Source: an uncultured bacterium
Lineage (GTDB): Bacteria; Babelota; Babeliae; Babelales; Vermiphilaceae
Length of the DNA: 64,000 nt
Direction of reading: 5' to 3'
Assembly (NCBI GenBank): GCA_963701085.1
Contig: OY969561.1
Span: 96,001-160,000, forward strand
Shown here: one piece after another, positions 1 through 8,386 of the stretch
How the letters are laid out: the number at the start of each line of letters is the position of its first letter
Position numbering within the stretch: the first letter of the stretch is position 1
Program-made: the position numbers and the translations under genes
Notes under the pieces: generated by a model
Databases searched by the model: none
Told to the model about the DNA's origin: nothing
What the model saw: the letters and a program-made list of their open reading frames with translations, nothing else

Positions 1-636
1 ATTAAATCCAAGGTGGTAACCGTTAATGGGGTTGTTATTGAAGACCCTGGTTTTAGAGTTAACCTTAATGATTGCGTGAGAGTTAGCAATAATATAGTTC
101 GCGCAGAATCCAAGGTATACCTTTTGCTTAATAAGCCAAAGAACTGTATTACAACGGTTTCTGATGATCTTGGTCGTAAAAGCGTGATTGATCTTATTTC
201 TACCGAGGTAAAACAACGCGTGTATCCTGTTGGCCGTCTTGATCGCAATGCAACCGGGTTATTGATATTGACTAATGATGGGGAACTGGCTCTTAAATTA
301 TCACATTCTCGATTTGAAGTTGAAAAAGTATATCATCTCCTTTTGGATAAAGCATTTACCCGCAATGATATGAAAAAAATCCTTTCAGGTGTTCAACTTG
401 AAGATGGTTTTATCAAAGTTGATGCGGCAAATTTCTTCCCCGATAGACCTAAGCAAAATGTAATGGTTGTTCTTCATAGTGGTAAAGACCACATGGTTCC
501 GCGTCTTTTTGAGCATTTGGGCTATGGCGTTGAAAAAATTGATCGCGCCGGATACTCAGGACTAATCAAAGTTCGTTTAAAAGTAGGCGAATGGCGCCAT
601 CTTACCAATGCTGAAGTTTCTCGTCTTAAAAACTAA
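1..636 (+). CDS. rRNA pseudouridine synthase, RsuA/RluB family (5' partial)
   Basis: End of S4 domain, LNKPK motif and catalytic GRLD motif; frame is open from base 1. Confidence 0.9.
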   Translation: MKSKVVTVNGVVIEDPGFRVNLNDCVRVSNNIVRAESKVYLLLNKPKNCITTVSDDLGRKSVIDLISTEVKQRVYPVGRLDRNATGLLILTNDGELALKLSHSRFEVEKVYHLLLDKAFTRNDMKKILSGVQLEDGFIKVDAANFFPDRPKQNVMVVLHSGKDHMVPRLFEHLGYGVEKIDRAGYSGLIKVRLKVGEWRHLTNAEVSRLKN

Positions 637-711
637 TATTTTTTTAATTTTTTGCTGATTTCAAGTACACTGCTCATATTCTAATTTATTATGATACGAG
701 CGGAGTTTTAC

Positions 712-2079
712 ATGCATGATGGATATTTAAAAGTTGAACAATCTCCAGCACTCAAAGGTGAAGTCAGACTTACTGGAGCAAAGAATGCAGTTTTAGTTAC
801 CATTGCATCATTGATTTTAACAACGGGTAAATCATTATTGTACAATGTTCCTATTTCAGCTGATGTTTTTGAGATGATAGAGTTACTGCGCCATTTTGGT
901 GCAGTTATTTTTTTTGATGAAGAAAAGCATCAATTATTTGTGGATACAACATTACTGCATTCATGGAGCGTGAGTAGCGCGATGATGAAAAAAACGCGCA
1001 CGTCAATTTTAGTCATGGGGCCACTTTTGGCGCGTTTTGGTAAAGTACGTATTGGTGGACTTCCTGGTGGTGATGCTATTGGCAAACGTCCTATTGATTA
1101 TCATTTGAAAAATTTTGCAAAGATGGGTGTTGTTATTCATCACGAAGGTGATTATCTGTGCGCTGATGTTGAAAAGTTAGTAGCTGCCCGAATAGTGTTG
1201 GAATATCCGAGTGTGGGGGCAACAGAAAATATCATTATGGCAGCAACACGTGCCCAAGGGGCGACGAAAATTATAAATGCCGCGTGTGAACCCGAAGTTT
1301 TCAATTTGATTGCATGCCTGACAAAAATGGGGGCAAAAATAATTATTGAAGCTCCTGCCACTATTACCATTGAAGGTGTTGATATTTTGAACCCCATTGA
1401 ACACACCATTATGTTTGATCGTCTTGAAGCGGGATCATTGCTGATTGCTGCTGCTGCAACGGGGGGAGAAATTTATATTCCCGATGCATCGGCTGATGTA
1501 TTAGATGTATTTTTGCTCAAGCTTGAAGAAATGGGACATGCAATTACAATTGGTCCAAATAATAAGGGGATTTATCTTAAATCCACTCAGACACCGCATG
1601 CGGTGTCTTTTAAAACTGGACCATATCCAGGGTTTCCGACTGATTTGCAACCTCCCATGATGGCATTGCAATGCTTTGCATCAGGAACGAGTGTTATTGA
1701 AGAGACAGTATTTGAAAATCGTTTTCATCATGCACATGAGCTTATCAAAATGGGTGCATCAATTAAAATTGAACATAATAAAGTAATAGTCACCGGTGTT
1801 GAAAAATTATATGGTGCGCATGTTGTTGCAGCTGATATTCGCGCATCAACGGCGTTGGTTGTTGCTGGGTTGGTTGCGCATGGCACAACAATAGTTTCTG
1901 GTCTTCATCACTGGAAGCGTGGTTATGAAGCGTTAGAAAAAAAACTCCAGCATCTTGGCGCTAAAGTTGCGGTTCATGAAGGTGAAGATATGAGCGCTTT
2001 AATCCTTCAACAAGTTCCCGACTTCGCCAAGGCTTCGACGGGCACGCAGGATGAGCGCGGAAAGCAAACAGATTTATAA
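712..2079 (+). CDS. murA: UDP-N-acetylglucosamine 1-carboxyvinyltransferase, Asp115 type; C-terminal tail is repeat-derived
   Basis: GAKNA, LPGGDAIGKRPID, YPSVGATEN, PYPGFPTDLQ and DIRA motifs; GGAG precedes ATG 712. Confidence 0.95.
   Translation: MHDGYLKVEQSPALKGEVRLTGAKNAVLVTIASLILTTGKSLLYNVPISADVFEMIELLRHFGAVIFFDEEKHQLFVDTTLLHSWSVSSAMMKKTRTSILVMGPLLARFGKVRIGGLPGGDAIGKRPIDYHLKNFAKMGVVIHHEGDYLCADVEKLVAARIVLEYPSVGATENIIMAATRAQGATKIINAACEPEVFNLIACLTKMGAKIIIEAPATITIEGVDILNPIEHTIMFDRLEAGSLLIAAAATGGEIYIPDASADVLDVFLLKLEEMGHAITIGPNNKGIYLKSTQTPHAVSFKTGPYPGFPTDLQPPMMALQCFASGTSVIEETVFENRFHHAHELIKMGASIKIEHNKVIVTGVEKLYGAHVVAADIRASTALVVAGLVAHGTTIVSGLHHWKRGYEALEKKLQHLGAKVAVHEGEDMSALILQQVPDFAKASTGTQDERGKQTDL
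1992..2060 (+). repeat. Type B palindromic half-element with a 30-bp type A element (2017-2046) nested inside, in frame in the murA tail
   Basis: ATCCTTCAACAAGTT[CCCGACTTCGCCAAGGCTTCGACGGGCACG]CAGGATGAGCGCGG; compare the uninterrupted arm at 47827. Confidence 0.9.
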
Positions 2080-2095
2080 AGCCTAATATATGTTT

Positions 2096-2947
2096 TTAAA
2101 AATTACCCGCTAATTCAGTAATTTCAGTCGTAATTTTTGCTTGACGTATTTTGTTGTATTCTAACTTGGTGGTGTTCAACAAACTATTTGCGTTGCGCGT
2201 TGAATTATCCATGGAGATAAAGCGAGCGGCATGTTCAGAAAGCAGTGATTGGAAAATGAGGTGCTGAAATTGAGCCTCGATATACTGCACCGCGAGCGTG
2301 TTTAAGATCTCGCTTGGCGCTTCATCCCAGATATATCCTTCTGTTGGAGGTATGGTTGCTGCAGATATTGTTGCCGGATTGAATGGAATAAGATGGGTTA
2401 CGGTTGCCTTTTGGGTAAAAAAATTTTTAAAAACATTGCTGATGATAGTGACTGATGTATAGGCAGGTGTTGCCAGCATAACAAGATCAGTCAATTCTTG
2501 AGCGATTGTTAAAAAATTACGGGCAGTGAGCACGGGAAAAGAACAGATTAATCTATCAGGATAGTTGTTGATTAAATAATCAATTGGTTTTTTCCCGATA
2601 GCGCTAAAATGATAATGGGCTGATGGGTTTTGTTTTAAATATTCTTGTAAAAATTTTGAGAGCTGTGTATTAAAACCGCCACATAAACCTTTTTGTGATC
2701 CAATAACAACAATGAGAGGGTTACTGTTTTCACCGGTTGGCATAAGCCGCTCATGTGACCATGATGGAGTTGCTAGCTGTACCTTGGCAAGTAATGTTTT
2801 GAGCGCATTCAGGTATTCGCTGAGTGGCTCTTGTTTTATTTTAAGCCGTGAGTGAGCTGACATAGAAATAATACGCATCACATCAGTGACTTTTTTTATT
2901 GTTTCAATGGTTTGAATGCGATTGCGCATTTGAATGAGTTTGGACAT
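2096..2947 (-). CDS. atpG: F1 ATP synthase subunit gamma (stand-alone)
   Basis: RIQTIETIKKVT, KGLCGGFN, SEHAARFISMDNSTRNA, YNKIRQAKITTEITE. Confidence 0.93.
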   Translation of the reverse strand: MSKLIQMRNRIQTIETIKKVTDVMRIISMSAHSRLKIKQEPLSEYLNALKTLLAKVQLATPSWSHERLMPTGENSNPLIVVIGSQKGLCGGFNTQLSKFLQEYLKQNPSAHYHFSAIGKKPIDYLINNYPDRLICSFPVLTARNFLTIAQELTDLVMLATPAYTSVTIISNVFKNFFTQKATVTHLIPFNPATISAATIPPTEGYIWDEAPSEILNTLAVQYIEAQFQHLIFQSLLSEHAARFISMDNSTRNANSLLNTTKLEYNKIRQAKITTEITELAGNF

Positions 2948-3115
2948 GTTACCCCATGGCTGCTTGTGATAAAGCGATTGTATTAAACTTACTGTACCTG
3001 TACTTTAAGCATTTTTCAATGGTAATTATTTTGGCTTTATTGAAACAATGTTGTGTTAATTGATATACTTGCGATGTAGGGTAATAGGGTAGAAAAGTCT
3101 TAATTACGGATAAGT

Positions 3116-3706
3116 ATGATTATTGTTGTGGATGCGTACAACCTTTTACGTTCCGTGCCGCCGTATAAAAAGACCATTACGGACAAAGAGCGGGTGCAAT
3201 TTATTGCGCAGCTGGGTGCGTATGGCCGTCGCAAGGGTCACAAAATGATCATTGTTTTTGATGGTGGTCCTCATGAGTGGCCATTTAAAGAAAACATGAA
3301 AGCAATGACCATTGTCTATTCTGGCATCCATGATAGCGCAGATGATTATATTAAAGAGTATGTGGAAGCTCATCGTGCAAAGGATCTTTTACTTGTATCA
3401 TCTGATGCTGAATTGAATCGCTGGGCAGCGCGGCACAATATTCCCTCCATTGATTCATCAGGCTTTCATCATTTGTTGCATCAAGAGTTGTTGGCAAAGC
3501 AACCGATTGCTGAAAAAATTTCTGAAGTTACAAAATTGCATCGTGATAATGATGCAATAGATATTGACGCTCTCATGACGGAGGCGAGTAAAAGTGTACC
3601 AATAAAGAGCGAAGATTTAGCTCCGGTGAATAAAAGTCGTGATGCAAAAAAGGCTCAGGTTAGTAAAGGTGAGCGTGAATTATTAAAAAAGTTAAACAAA
3701 TTATAG
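3116..3706 (+). CDS. NYN-domain (YacP/Rae1-like) ribonuclease
   Basis: VDAYNL, IVFDG, SADDYI, VSSD motifs. Confidence 0.8.
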   Translation: MIIVVDAYNLLRSVPPYKKTITDKERVQFIAQLGAYGRRKGHKMIIVFDGGPHEWPFKENMKAMTIVYSGIHDSADDYIKEYVEAHRAKDLLLVSSDAELNRWAARHNIPSIDSSGFHHLLHQELLAKQPIAEKISEVTKLHRDNDAIDIDALMTEASKSVPIKSEDLAPVNKSRDAKKAQVSKGERELLKKLNKL

Positions 3707-3716
3707 AGCTATTCAT

Positions 3717-4193
3717 ATGAAGAACCATAACAAAGAGATTGTTTATTCATTAGATGAGCATGATAAGGTTATTCAAGAATTGAAAAATGCAATGGCAAGG
3801 TGTCAGGTCTTTGCCTTGAGCGGTCCTCTTGGTGCGGGAAAAACAACGACCATTAAAGCATTGCTACGTAGTTGCGGGGTGACTGGTACTATTACTAGTC
3901 CAACATTTACGTATGTTAATGAGTACGAAAACAGTCAAGGTGAGCATTTTTATCATTTTGATTTATATCGGATAGGTAGTGTGCAAGAGTTTCAGGCGCA
4001 GGGATTTGATGAATATTTGTATCAACCTGCCTTTCGTAGTTCGCAGAACGAAGTAGGGCCAAATAGTTGGGCATTTATCGAGTGGCCGGAGGTTATTGAG
4101 CCGCTTTTAACGCACAATGTCTGCTTTGTTTCATTTGATTATCACGATGACCCTGATAAACGGGTAGTTATCATAAAAGAGAGTGAATTTTAA
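3717..4193 (+). CDS. tsaE: tRNA t6A biosynthesis ATPase TsaE with an 11-aa repeat-derived insertion
   Basis: GPLGAGKTT, TSPTFT, HFDLYR, IEWPE. Confidence 0.95.
   Translation: MKNHNKEIVYSLDEHDKVIQELKNAMARCQVFALSGPLGAGKTTTIKALLRSCGVTGTITSPTFTYVNEYENSQGEHFYHFDLYRIGSVQEFQAQGFDEYLYQPAFRSSQNEVGPNSWAFIEWPEVIEPLLTHNVCFVSFDYHDDPDKRVVIIKESEF
4026..4058 (-). repeat. Type A element, 33 bp, in frame in tsaE
   Basis: Minus strand CCCTACTTCGTTCTGCGAACTACGAAAGGCAGG; encodes PAFRSSQNEVG. Confidence 0.8.
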
Positions 4194-4293
4194 AGATTTT
4201 TATCAAATAATGTGTTTTTCATCAAAATTAAGTTGAAATACATTGAGAAAAACAATATTATAGTTGAACAAGCTTGTAGATGTGCTTGGGTGC

Positions 4294-4378
4294 GGCGAGG
4301 TTCCCGAGCGGCCAAAGGGGGTGGACTGTAAATCCATCGGCTATGCCTTCGCTGGTTCGAATCCAGCCCTCGCCACCA
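4294..4378 (+). tRNA. tRNA-Tyr(GTA)
   Basis: Cloverleaf, anticodon loop CTGTAAA, long variable arm, GGTTCGAATCC, CCA. Confidence 0.97.
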
Positions 4379-4405
4379 GACTACGCTAAAGCTTCGTCTG
4401 GCAGG
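4376..4405 (+). repeat. Type A element starting at the tRNA-Tyr CCA
   Basis: CCAGAC-TAC-GCT-AA-AGC-TTC-GTCTGG-CAGG. Confidence 0.88.
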
Positions 4406-4481
4406 CCATCTTTTTAAAGGTTGGTTAGAATTATCAAAAAAACTTGGTAATTTAAAAAGATTAAGAAAACAATTGAAATGT

Positions 4482-4557
4482 GCGGGAATAGCTCAATTGG
4501 CAGAGCGACAGCCTTCCAAGCTGTAGGTTGCGAGTTCGACCCTCGTTTCCCGCTCCA
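4482..4557 (+). tRNA. tRNA-Gly(TCC)
   Basis: GCGGGAA acceptor stem, loop CTTCCAA, CCA. Confidence 0.97.
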
Positions 4558-4570
4558 GAAAAGTTATAAG

Positions 4571-4646
4571 GCCGGCGTAGCTCAGTTGGTAGAGCAGCTG
4601 ATTTGTAATCAGCAGGTCACTGGTTCGAATCCTGTCGCCGGCTCCA
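4571..4646 (+). tRNA. tRNA-Thr(TGT)
   Basis: GCCGGCG acceptor stem, loop TTTGTAA, CCA. Confidence 0.97.
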
Positions 4647-4674
4647 TACTTCGCACAAGGCTCCGTATGGCAGG
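4644..4674 (+). repeat. Type A element starting at the tRNA-Thr CCA
   Basis: CCATACTTCGCACAAGGCTCCGTATGGCAGG. Confidence 0.88.
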
Positions 4675-4733
4675 CCATTTTTTTCAAAGGTTTGACATTA
4701 AGACTTTTTGAAAAGATTGATAGCAGAAGCGAA

Positions 4734-4764
4734 GTATGCCCTTCGAAGCTTTAGCGTAGTAGGG
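4734..4764 (-). repeat. Type A element, inverted relative to the tRNA-adjacent copies
   Basis: Minus strand CCCTACTACGCTAAAGCTTCGAAGGGCATAC. Confidence 0.85.
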
Positions 4765-4869
4765 CTATCCTTATCTTTCTGATTTCTAATACACAATAGG
4801 TGTTCAAAAAGTTTGTCTTTTTCTGTTTTTTTAATTAATCTATAATAAACCGTAAGGATTACGGTTCAT

Positions 4870-4944
4870 GCCCACGTAGCTCAGAGGCAGAGCGCTTCCT
4901 TGGTAAGGAAGAGGCCACCGGTTCAATCCCGGTCGCGGGCTCCA
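4870..4944 (+). tRNA. tRNA-Thr(GGT)
   Basis: Loop TTGGTAA, GGTTCAATCCC, CCA; A5-C68 mismatch in acceptor stem. Confidence 0.94.
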
Positions 4945-4989
4945 GATAGAATCAGTTGAAATCAAGGTCTTATAAGTGTCTTTATAATT

Positions 4990-5148
4990 ATGGCAAAAAA
5001 TAGAAAAACTACTCATTTGGTTTGCGAAATATGCAAAGAACGTAACTATACTCAGGTTGTTTCAAAAAAAAGAACTATCGGTTCTTTAAAATTGAGTAAG
5101 TATTGTCCACGCTGTCGCAAGCACAATGATCATAAAGAAACAAAATAG
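4990..5148 (+). CDS. rpmG: 50S ribosomal protein L33, Zn-ribbon type, 52 aa (absent from ORF track)
   Basis: Manual translation [52 protein letters not shown]. Confidence 0.95.
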   Translation: MAKNRKTTHLVCEICKERNYTQVVSKKRTIGSLKLSKYCPRCRKHNDHKETK

Positions 5149-5157
5149 GCCCTTTGT

Positions 5158-5234
5158 AGGTCAGTAGCTCAATTTGGTAGAGCAGCAGACTCCAAATCTG
5201 CCGGTTGGGGGTTCGAGTCCCTCCTGGCCTGCCA
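5158..5234 (+). tRNA. tRNA-Trp(CCA)
   Basis: Loop CTCCAAA, GGTTCGAGTCC, CCA; canonical position between rpmG and secE. Confidence 0.97.
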
Positions 5235-5252
5235 TTAGAAAGAAGAGAGATA

Positions 5253-5453
5253 ATGATAAAAGATGTAACGCAGTTTGTTAAAGACGTGCAACTTGAGCTT
5301 TCAAAAGTTACTTGGCCTAAGTTTGATGAGTTTGTAGGATCAACGATAGTTGTCTTACTACTCATGTCTTTTTTTGCAGTTTATTTAGGTCTCGTTGATA
5401 AAGGGCTTACTGAGCTCTGGCGATTTGTAGTTAGATTGTATGGTGGTTACTAG
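5253..5453 (+). CDS. secE: Preprotein translocase subunit SecE
   Basis: ELSKVTWP plus one TM helix; start set at ATG 5253, after the tRNA. Confidence 0.93.
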   Translation: MIKDVTQFVKDVQLELSKVTWPKFDEFVGSTIVVLLLMSFFAVYLGLVDKGLTELWRFVVRLYGGY

Positions 5454-5474
5454 TTTTGACAGGACAAAGATCAT

Positions 5475-5993
5475 ATGAAGCGCTGGTATGTTGTACAAGT
5501 ATATGCAGGTTATGAGCAGGCAGCTAAGCTAGACATTGAGAAACGAATACAAGCAGAAGGAATGCAAGATTACTTTGGTGAAATTCTTGTGCCATCTGCT
5601 AAATCAAAACCAATGTTTGCAACAGATGACAGTGCTGATCAGCAACTTTTTCCTGGTTACATCTTAGCCGAAATAGAAATGACTCCCGAGTCACTTCGTG
5701 TTGTAACCGCAAGCATTCGTGTCTTGAGATTTTTGGGGGGCAAAAATCCTGAGCCAATATCACAAAAAGAGATCGATCGTATTATTTCCCAAGTTAAAGG
5801 GGAAGTTGCGGTTGAAACTACGCGAGAAGAGTATTCACTTGGCAGTGAGGTAGATATAGTTGAGGGTCCGTTTGCTGGATTTGTCGGTATTATTGATAGC
5901 GTAGATTATAATAACGAAAAATTAACAGTTATGGTTAGTATTTTTGGCAGAATGACCCCGGTTGAACTTGGCTTTCATCAAATTAAGCGATAA
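5475..5993 (+). CDS. nusG: Transcription elongation factor NusG
   Basis: WYVVQVYAGYE, LFPGYIL, GPFAGF, IFGRMTPVEL. Confidence 0.97.
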   Translation: MKRWYVVQVYAGYEQAAKLDIEKRIQAEGMQDYFGEILVPSAKSKPMFATDDSADQQLFPGYILAEIEMTPESLRVVTASIRVLRFLGGKNPEPISQKEIDRIISQVKGEVAVETTREEYSLGSEVDIVEGPFAGFVGIIDSVDYNNEKLTVMVSIFGRMTPVELGFHQIKR

Positions 5994-6013
5994 TCAGTGA
6001 GGTAATTGTCTCT

Positions 6014-6439
6014 ATGGCAAAAATAGTTAAAGCAAAAATTAAGCTTCAGATTCAAGGTGCGAGCGCGACTCCGGCTCCTCCTGTGGGATCGTCACTTGGT
6101 CAACACCAAGTCAATATTATGGAGTTCTGTAAGGCATTTAATGCTCAAACATCTGGTCGCAAAGGCGAAACTGTGCCGGTAGAAATTACTGTATACACTG
6201 ATCGTACATTTGAGTTCAGGGTAAAAACTTCGCCAACTACCGAGCTTATTAAAAAGCGAATTAGTCTTACAAAAGGTTCGCCTCGTCCTCATGAAATTAA
6301 AGTTGGAAAAATTTCATGGAAGGATATTGAAGAAATCGCAAAAATTAAAATGCCAGATTTGACTGCAGTTGATATGGATCAGGCAAAAAAAATTGTCGCT
6401 GGCAGTGCGCGAAGTATTGGAATTGACGTTGTTGATTGA
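6014..6439 (+). CDS. rplK: 50S ribosomal protein L11
   Basis: ATPAPPVGSSLGQ, NIMEFCKAFN. Confidence 0.97.
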   Translation: MAKIVKAKIKLQIQGASATPAPPVGSSLGQHQVNIMEFCKAFNAQTSGRKGETVPVEITVYTDRTFEFRVKTSPTTELIKKRISLTKGSPRPHEIKVGKISWKDIEEIAKIKMPDLTAVDMDQAKKIVAGSARSIGIDVVD

Positions 6440-6453
6440 GCTAGGAAAATATA

Positions 6454-7152
6454 ATGGCTAAGCATGGAAAAAAATATCACGCAGCGGTATCGAAGAAGCC
6501 TAGTAATGATCTTGGTGTAGATGTAGCATTTCAACAAGTTAAAGATCTTTCTTTTGCCAAATTTGATGAGTCCATTGATGTGGCTATCAACTTGGGTATA
6601 GATCCAGCTAAGGGTGAGCAAACAGTTCGAGGTTCTGTTGTTTTGCCTCATAGCAAAGGAAAAGAGAAAGTCATTATTGTTTTTGCAAAAGGTGAATTTG
6701 CTGATGCAGCAAAAAAAGCGGGAGCTGATTTTGTGGGCATGGAAGACCTTATTGAAAAAATACAAGGTGGCTGGCTTGATTTTGATTATGCAGTAGCAAC
6801 ACCAGATGTTATGGGTGCGGTTGGTGTGCTTGCAAGAGTTTTGGGTCCTCGTGGATTGTTGCCAAACAAAAAAGTAGGCACAGTTACGTTCGATGTAGAA
6901 GCAATTGTTACTGATTTAAAAAAAGGCCGTGCTTTCTTCAGAAATGATAAGCAGGGTATTGTTCATTTTTCAATAGGTAAAGTTTCATTTGATGTTAAAA
7001 AGCTTCATGATAATTTAGATGCTTTAGTTAAGGCAGTTGTGGGATCAAAACCGGCGACCGCTAAAGGCAAGTATCTGAAAAAAATGACCGTGTCCTCAAC
7101 AATGGGCATTGGTATTGCGATTAACTCTGACGAATTTGTGCGTTCCTTATAG
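6454..7152 (+). CDS. rplA: 50S ribosomal protein L1
   Basis: AKFDESID, LGPRGLLPN, SSTMG. Confidence 0.97.
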   Translation: MAKHGKKYHAAVSKKPSNDLGVDVAFQQVKDLSFAKFDESIDVAINLGIDPAKGEQTVRGSVVLPHSKGKEKVIIVFAKGEFADAAKKAGADFVGMEDLIEKIQGGWLDFDYAVATPDVMGAVGVLARVLGPRGLLPNKKVGTVTFDVEAIVTDLKKGRAFFRNDKQGIVHFSIGKVSFDVKKLHDNLDALVKAVVGSKPATAKGKYLKKMTVSSTMGIGIAINSDEFVRSL

Positions 7153-7166
7153 GTAAAGAGGTTTCA

Positions 7167-7694
7167 ATGAATCGACAACAAAAAGAATCGGTTGTTGAGT
7201 TATTTCATAAAGATTTTTTGGCAAATAAGGGCACCTTTTTTGTTAATTATTCCGGATTAACTGTTGGTCAAATGCAACAATTAAGAAGGCAATTGCGTGA
7301 AAAAGGCGGCGCGCTTAAAATTGCAAAGATGCGGCTTGTTAAACGAGCACTTGCAAGTGTTAAGGGTGCTGATGGGCTTCTTTCTCATTGTAAAAATCAG
7401 TTAGGTGTTGTTTTTGCGTATGACTCAGCAGAAGTATCTGGTATAGCAAAAGCTCTTAATGATTTTTCAAAAAAGAATGAATCACTTGGCCTTGTTGTTG
7501 GTTGCGTGGATGCACAGCTTTTGGATAAGACAGCAATCACTCGTATTGCATCTCTTCCATCAAAAGAAGTACTGCTTGCTCAGCTATGTGGTACGCTGAA
7601 TGCTCCATTGACCTCGCTTGTGTTTGGACTTAACTCTATGATTGTGAAGCTATTGGTTGCTTTAAAAGAAGTCGAAAAGCAAAAGCAAGCGTAG
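7167..7694 (+). CDS. rplJ: 50S ribosomal protein L10
   Basis: YSGLTV..LRRQL, LPSKEVLLAQL; synteny. Confidence 0.95.
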   Translation: MNRQQKESVVELFHKDFLANKGTFFVNYSGLTVGQMQQLRRQLREKGGALKIAKMRLVKRALASVKGADGLLSHCKNQLGVVFAYDSAEVSGIAKALNDFSKKNESLGLVVGCVDAQLLDKTAITRIASLPSKEVLLAQLCGTLNAPLTSLVFGLNSMIVKLLVALKEVEKQKQA

Positions 7695-7763
7695 TGATAA
7701 GTTTGTCTCATATAATAGATGATAGTAGTTGTTTATAGTACTTTTTAATGTTTAGGGATTGCA

Positions 7764-8150
7764 ATGGCAGCAAAATCTTACGAAAAATTCATTGACGAAA
7801 TAGGTAATATGACGGTTCTTGAGCTTGCTGATCTTGTTAAAGCTCTTGAATCAAAATTCGGTATCTCAGCAGCTATGCCAATGGCATCAGCAGCTCCAGC
7901 GGCATCAGCAGATGCAGCTCCAGTAGCAGCAGAAAAGAGCGAATATAAAGTATCTCTTACTGATGCAGGATCTGAAAAAATTAAGGTGATTAAAGCATTG
8001 CGCGAAGTTATTCCTAATCTAGCGCTTTCTGATGCTAAGAAATTAACAGAAGAAACACCAGCTGTCATCGCTGAATCAGTATCAAAAGCTGACGCAGAAA
8101 AGATGAAAAAGAAACTTGAAGAAGCTGGCGCAAAAGTAGAGCTTGCATAA
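7764..8150 (+). CDS. rplL: 50S ribosomal protein L7/L12
   Basis: KFGISAA, KIKVIKALRE, LEEAGAKVEL. Confidence 0.97.
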   Translation: MAAKSYEKFIDEIGNMTVLELADLVKALESKFGISAAMPMASAAPAASADAAPVAAEKSEYKVSLTDAGSEKIKVIKALREVIPNLALSDAKKLTEETPAVIAESVSKADAEKMKKKLEEAGAKVELA

Positions 8151-8172
8151 CGTTGTTATGCGGGCTTTTTTT
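8141..8172 (+). terminator. Intrinsic terminator/attenuator between rplL and rpoB
   Basis: GCTTGCATAAC-GTT-GTTATGCGGGC followed by T7. Confidence 0.7.
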
Positions 8173-8175
8173 GTT

Positions 8176-8246
8176 CCCCATCTTCAGTTTTCCGACTTCG
8201 TTAAAACTTTGTCGGACAGGCATTTCGATGGGGACCCCAATTGGAG
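8176..8246 (+). repeat. Type F element with a nested 30-bp type A element (8191-8220)
   Basis: CCCCATCTTCAGTTT[TCCGACTTCGTTAAAACTTTGTCGGACAGG]CATTTCGATGGGGACCCC; empty copy at 28500-28540. Confidence 0.88.
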
Positions 8247-8386
8247 TCATTTAATTTTTCATAAAAGTTACCCAACGGTAACAAGGTGAAAATTAAGTTA
8301 AAAGATTGGGGTAAAATGATTTTTTGGTGTAGTGGGGGATGGAATTTGATTGGCCACATGTTTGGCGTTAGTAAGGAGTGGTCTAA

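Noticed and set aside
4478-4711. ORFs over tRNA genes (4478-4711, 4493-4687, 5075-5365, 16734-17129)
   Set aside because: They overlap clear tRNA cloverleaves.
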